A DNA stretch of 32,000 nucleotides from Stigmatella ashevillensis. Its GTDB lineage: Bacteria; Myxococcota; Myxococcia; Myxococcales; Myxococcaceae. The notes under the pieces are model-generated. The model was not told the DNA's origin. It made no database searches and saw only the letters and a program-made list of their open reading frames with translations. This document shows, piece after piece, positions 29,676 to 32,000 of this stretch. Every line of letters starts with the position of its first letter. Position 1 is the stretch's first letter. Location of the stretch: positions 2,024,007 to 2,056,006 of the forward strand of contig NZ_JAQNDM010000002.1 of assembly GCF_028368975.1 (NCBI RefSeq). The letters are read 5' to 3'. Made by a program: the position numbers and the translations under genes.

Positions 29676-31390
29676 CGGGCGTAGTCTCCCGCCGGGACGG
29701 GCGCGGGAGCCGTACCGGCACCGAGCTCCGGGGCCCGGGGTTTCCAGGTCGCCTTGGACTGGGCGAGCATGACCCGCCAATCCGGGATGAGGGACGCCTC
29801 CGGGATGCTGTAGTGCTTGCGCCACCGCTCCAGGTAGTCCCCCTCCTCCCGTTGCCACCGCGCATCGTCCCAGCCCAGCTCCGACTGGCAGATGGAGCGG
29901 ATGCGGGGCAGGAAGGCCTGGGCCCCCGCCGGGACCAGCAACCCCAGGCGGACGCGCCGCAGGAGCAGATCGTCCAGGTGCACGACCCACTCGGATCGGG
30001 CTGCCCACCGCAGCTCGGCCCACAGCACGTTGCTGCCTGGAATGCGCTCCAACTCGCCGGGGGCCGCCGCCTGGATCAGCGCGAGCGAGTCCGCGCCGTA
30101 CTTGCCCGCCAACCGGCGGCGCTCCTCCTCCGGGACGCGCTCCCACACACTGCCCGAGGTCTCCATCTTGTTGAGGAGCGGCTGGTTGTGCTTGGGCATC
30201 TTGAAGCCCGGCAGGCGCTGACCGGCGGCCTTGAGCGCATCCCGGGCAATCAGCCGGAACGTCGTGAGCTTTCCGCCCGTCACCGTGATGAGGCCGTTCT
30301 CCTCCCACACGACGTGATCCCGCGTCTCCTTGGAGGGATCCGACTTGCCCGAGTTCACCACGGGCCGCACGCCGCTGTAGCTGGAGATGATGTCGTCCAG
30401 GGTGATTCGCAGCGTCGGGAAGCGCGCCTCCACGGCCGCCATCAGGTAGGCCACCTCCTGAGCAGAGATGGAGGGTTCTTGATCGAGCGGCAGGTCGTGA
30501 TCGAGATCCGTGGTGCCAACGACCGTCATCCCTTCCCAGGGGAAGACGAACATCACCCGGTGATCGATGGGGTGCTGAAGGGTGAAGGCCTCCTTCACCG
30601 GCAACCGCTCCGCGGAGAAGATGAGGTGACTGCCCCGCAGGGGGCGCATCCGAGGAGGCGCCTTCACCTGCTGGCGGAGCTGATCCGCCCAGACACCGGT
30701 CGCGTTGATGACCACGCGCGCGCGGCACTCGGCCACCTGTCCGCTGCCCGCCGTGTCCCGGACCCGGACCCCCACCACCTGCCCGCCTTCCTGAATCACT
30801 TCCGTGGCGGGGGCGTAGGTGACCACCGTGCCTCCCGCCTCCACCGCCTCCCGCATGACCCGGAGCACCAGCCGGGAGTCATCCGTCTGCGCGTCGTGGT
30901 AGCGGAATCCCCCCGCGAGCCCATACCGGTCCAGCTGCGGCACCTGCTCTCCGAACTGCTTCGCGCCGTGGTACTCGTGGTCCCAGCAGCCCGCCAGCAG
31001 ATCATACGCCAGCAGCCCCACCCCGAAGATCCAGATGCTGGGGCGATCGCCCACGTAGCTGGCCAGCATGAAGTCCAGGCGATCGACGAGCCCAGGCCCC
31101 TCCCGGATCAGCCGCTCCCGCTCGCGCACGGCGTGATAGGTCAACAGCACGTGCCCCTGGGCCAGGTAGCGCAAGCCCCCGTGGACCAGCTTGGAGGAGC
31201 GGCTGGAGGTGCCCCAGGCGATGTCCTTCTGCTCGACCAGCAGCGCCTTGAGCCCCGCTCGGGTCGCCTCGCGCAAGATGCCCGCCCCGGTGATGCCCCC
31301 TCCTACCACGATGAGGTCCCACGATTGGGAGAGACGGGCCCACACCTCCGCACGCGCTTGGCTGCTCGACATATCGCTCATTTTAACCAT
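29663..31390 (-). CDS. glpD: FAD-dependent glycerol-3-phosphate dehydrogenase
   Basis: WDLIVVGGGITGAGILREATRAGLKALLVEQKDIAWGTSSRSSKLVHGGLRYLAQG...LRPLRGSHLIF...VVGTTDLDHDL... with a C-terminal domain. ATGs at 31381 and 31372 are alternative starts. Confidence 0.95.
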   Translation of the reverse strand: MVKMSDMSSSQARAEVWARLSQSWDLIVVGGGITGAGILREATRAGLKALLVEQKDIAWGTSSRSSKLVHGGLRYLAQGHVLLTYHAVRERERLIREGPGLVDRLDFMLASYVGDRPSIWIFGVGLLAYDLLAGCWDHEYHGAKQFGEQVPQLDRYGLAGGFRYHDAQTDDSRLVLRVMREAVEAGGTVVTYAPATEVIQEGGQVVGVRVRDTAGSGQVAECRARVVINATGVWADQLRQQVKAPPRMRPLRGSHLIFSAERLPVKEAFTLQHPIDHRVMFVFPWEGMTVVGTTDLDHDLPLDQEPSISAQEVAYLMAAVEARFPTLRITLDDIISSYSGVRPVVNSGKSDPSKETRDHVVWEENGLITVTGGKLTTFRLIARDALKAAGQRLPGFKMPKHNQPLLNKMETSGSVWERVPEEERRRLAGKYGADSLALIQAAAPGELERIPGSNVLWAELRWAARSEWVVHLDDLLLRRVRLGLLVPAGAQAFLPRIRSICQSELGWDDARWQREEGDYLERWRKHYSIPEASLIPDWRVMLAQSKATWKPRAPELGAGTAPAPVPAGDYARPPA

Positions 31391-31485
31391 CTGCCCAGAC
31401 GGGCGTCATGCCGTCCGACAGATACATCGTTCCGCTGAAAATAGTGTGGAGAAGATGTGTTGCACGCCGGTCGGTCCTGACCCGG

Positions 31486-32000
31486 TCAAGGCGCTCCAGG
31501 TCCTTCGCTGGACACGTCCATCCGGTCGAATGCCCGCCCCAAGGCCATCACCCCCAGCCATATCTCCAGCGCCAGTCCTCCGGCCGCCGTGAGCCCCGCC
31601 ACGGGCAGTGCCCACACCCCCAGCCAGACCTCCAGCGTGAAGCCCACCAGGGCCGCCAAGATCGCCGCGGGCAACAACCCTCCCAGCAGCACCACCAACG
31701 AGCCGGCCAACATCAGCAGCCGCTGGCCCAACGCTTCGATTCCCCCGCGCGCCCGCTCTCCGTCCGCGGGCAGCCACGCGGGAAAGAGCACCACCGCGGC
31801 GTTCTGGACGAACAGCCCGCCCAGGCTCACGGCCGGCAGCAACGGCATCAGCCCCAATCCCGCCGCCAACAAAAACTCGGAGCTCCAACGTCCGGACATG
31901 TCCCCCGCCAGAACCAACGCGAGCGCCAGCAACCCGATCTGCATGACCGCCAGCAGCAACCCAGGCGCGAGCAGTTCCGCCGCGACCACCTGGCGCCCGG
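31486..32000 (-). CDS. C-terminal part of a multi-pass membrane protein of unknown function (truncated by window edge)
   Basis: The minus frame is open from the window edge (GRQVVAAELLAPGLLLAVMQIGLLALALVLAGDMSGRW...) to the stop at 31486, with several hydrophobic segments. The track's start at 31989 is probably internal. Confidence 0.6.
   Translation of the reverse strand, partial: GRQVVAAELLAPGLLLAVMQIGLLALALVLAGDMSGRWSSEFLLAAGLGLMPLLPAVSLGGLFVQNAAVVLFPAWLPADGERARGGIEALGQRLLMLAGSLVVLLGGLLPAAILAALVGFTLEVWLGVWALPVAGLTAAGGLALEIWLGVMALGRAFDRMDVSSEGPGAP

Overview
High-GC window that looks myxobacterial (Cystobacterineae-like) from protein content. It is dominated by chromosomal housekeeping genes. 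Minus strand, in transcription order: (i) leuS, a small zinc-ribbon membrane protein and lptE; (ii) a TPR/zinc-ribbon membrane protein, a DUF4388/PATAN-like protein, phoH, an HD-hydrolase pgpH-like gene, a cupin-YbeY fusion and a DUF4105 membrane protein; (iii) prfB, an ECF sigma/anti-sigma pair and lysS; (iv) an envelope-biogenesis run lolC/E, lolD, bamA, ompH/skp, lpxD, fabZ, lpxA, lpxI; (v) a truncated secreted protein at the left edge. Plus strand: a MazG-VOC fusion, rpsT and an orphan secreted protein. glpD and a truncated membrane protein lie at the right edge. I found no CRISPR array, mobile element, tRNA or rRNA, and no convincing new multi-gene defence-like or biosynthetic system. The observations most worth checking are an intact RF2 programmed +1 frameshift (missed by the ORF track), the cupin-YbeY fusion, the MazG-VOC fusion, the N-terminally extended LolC/E protein, a candidate ECF autoregulatory promoter, bamA with only non-standard start codons, and rpsT starting with TTG. 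All domain assignments come from reading the sequence, not from a database search.
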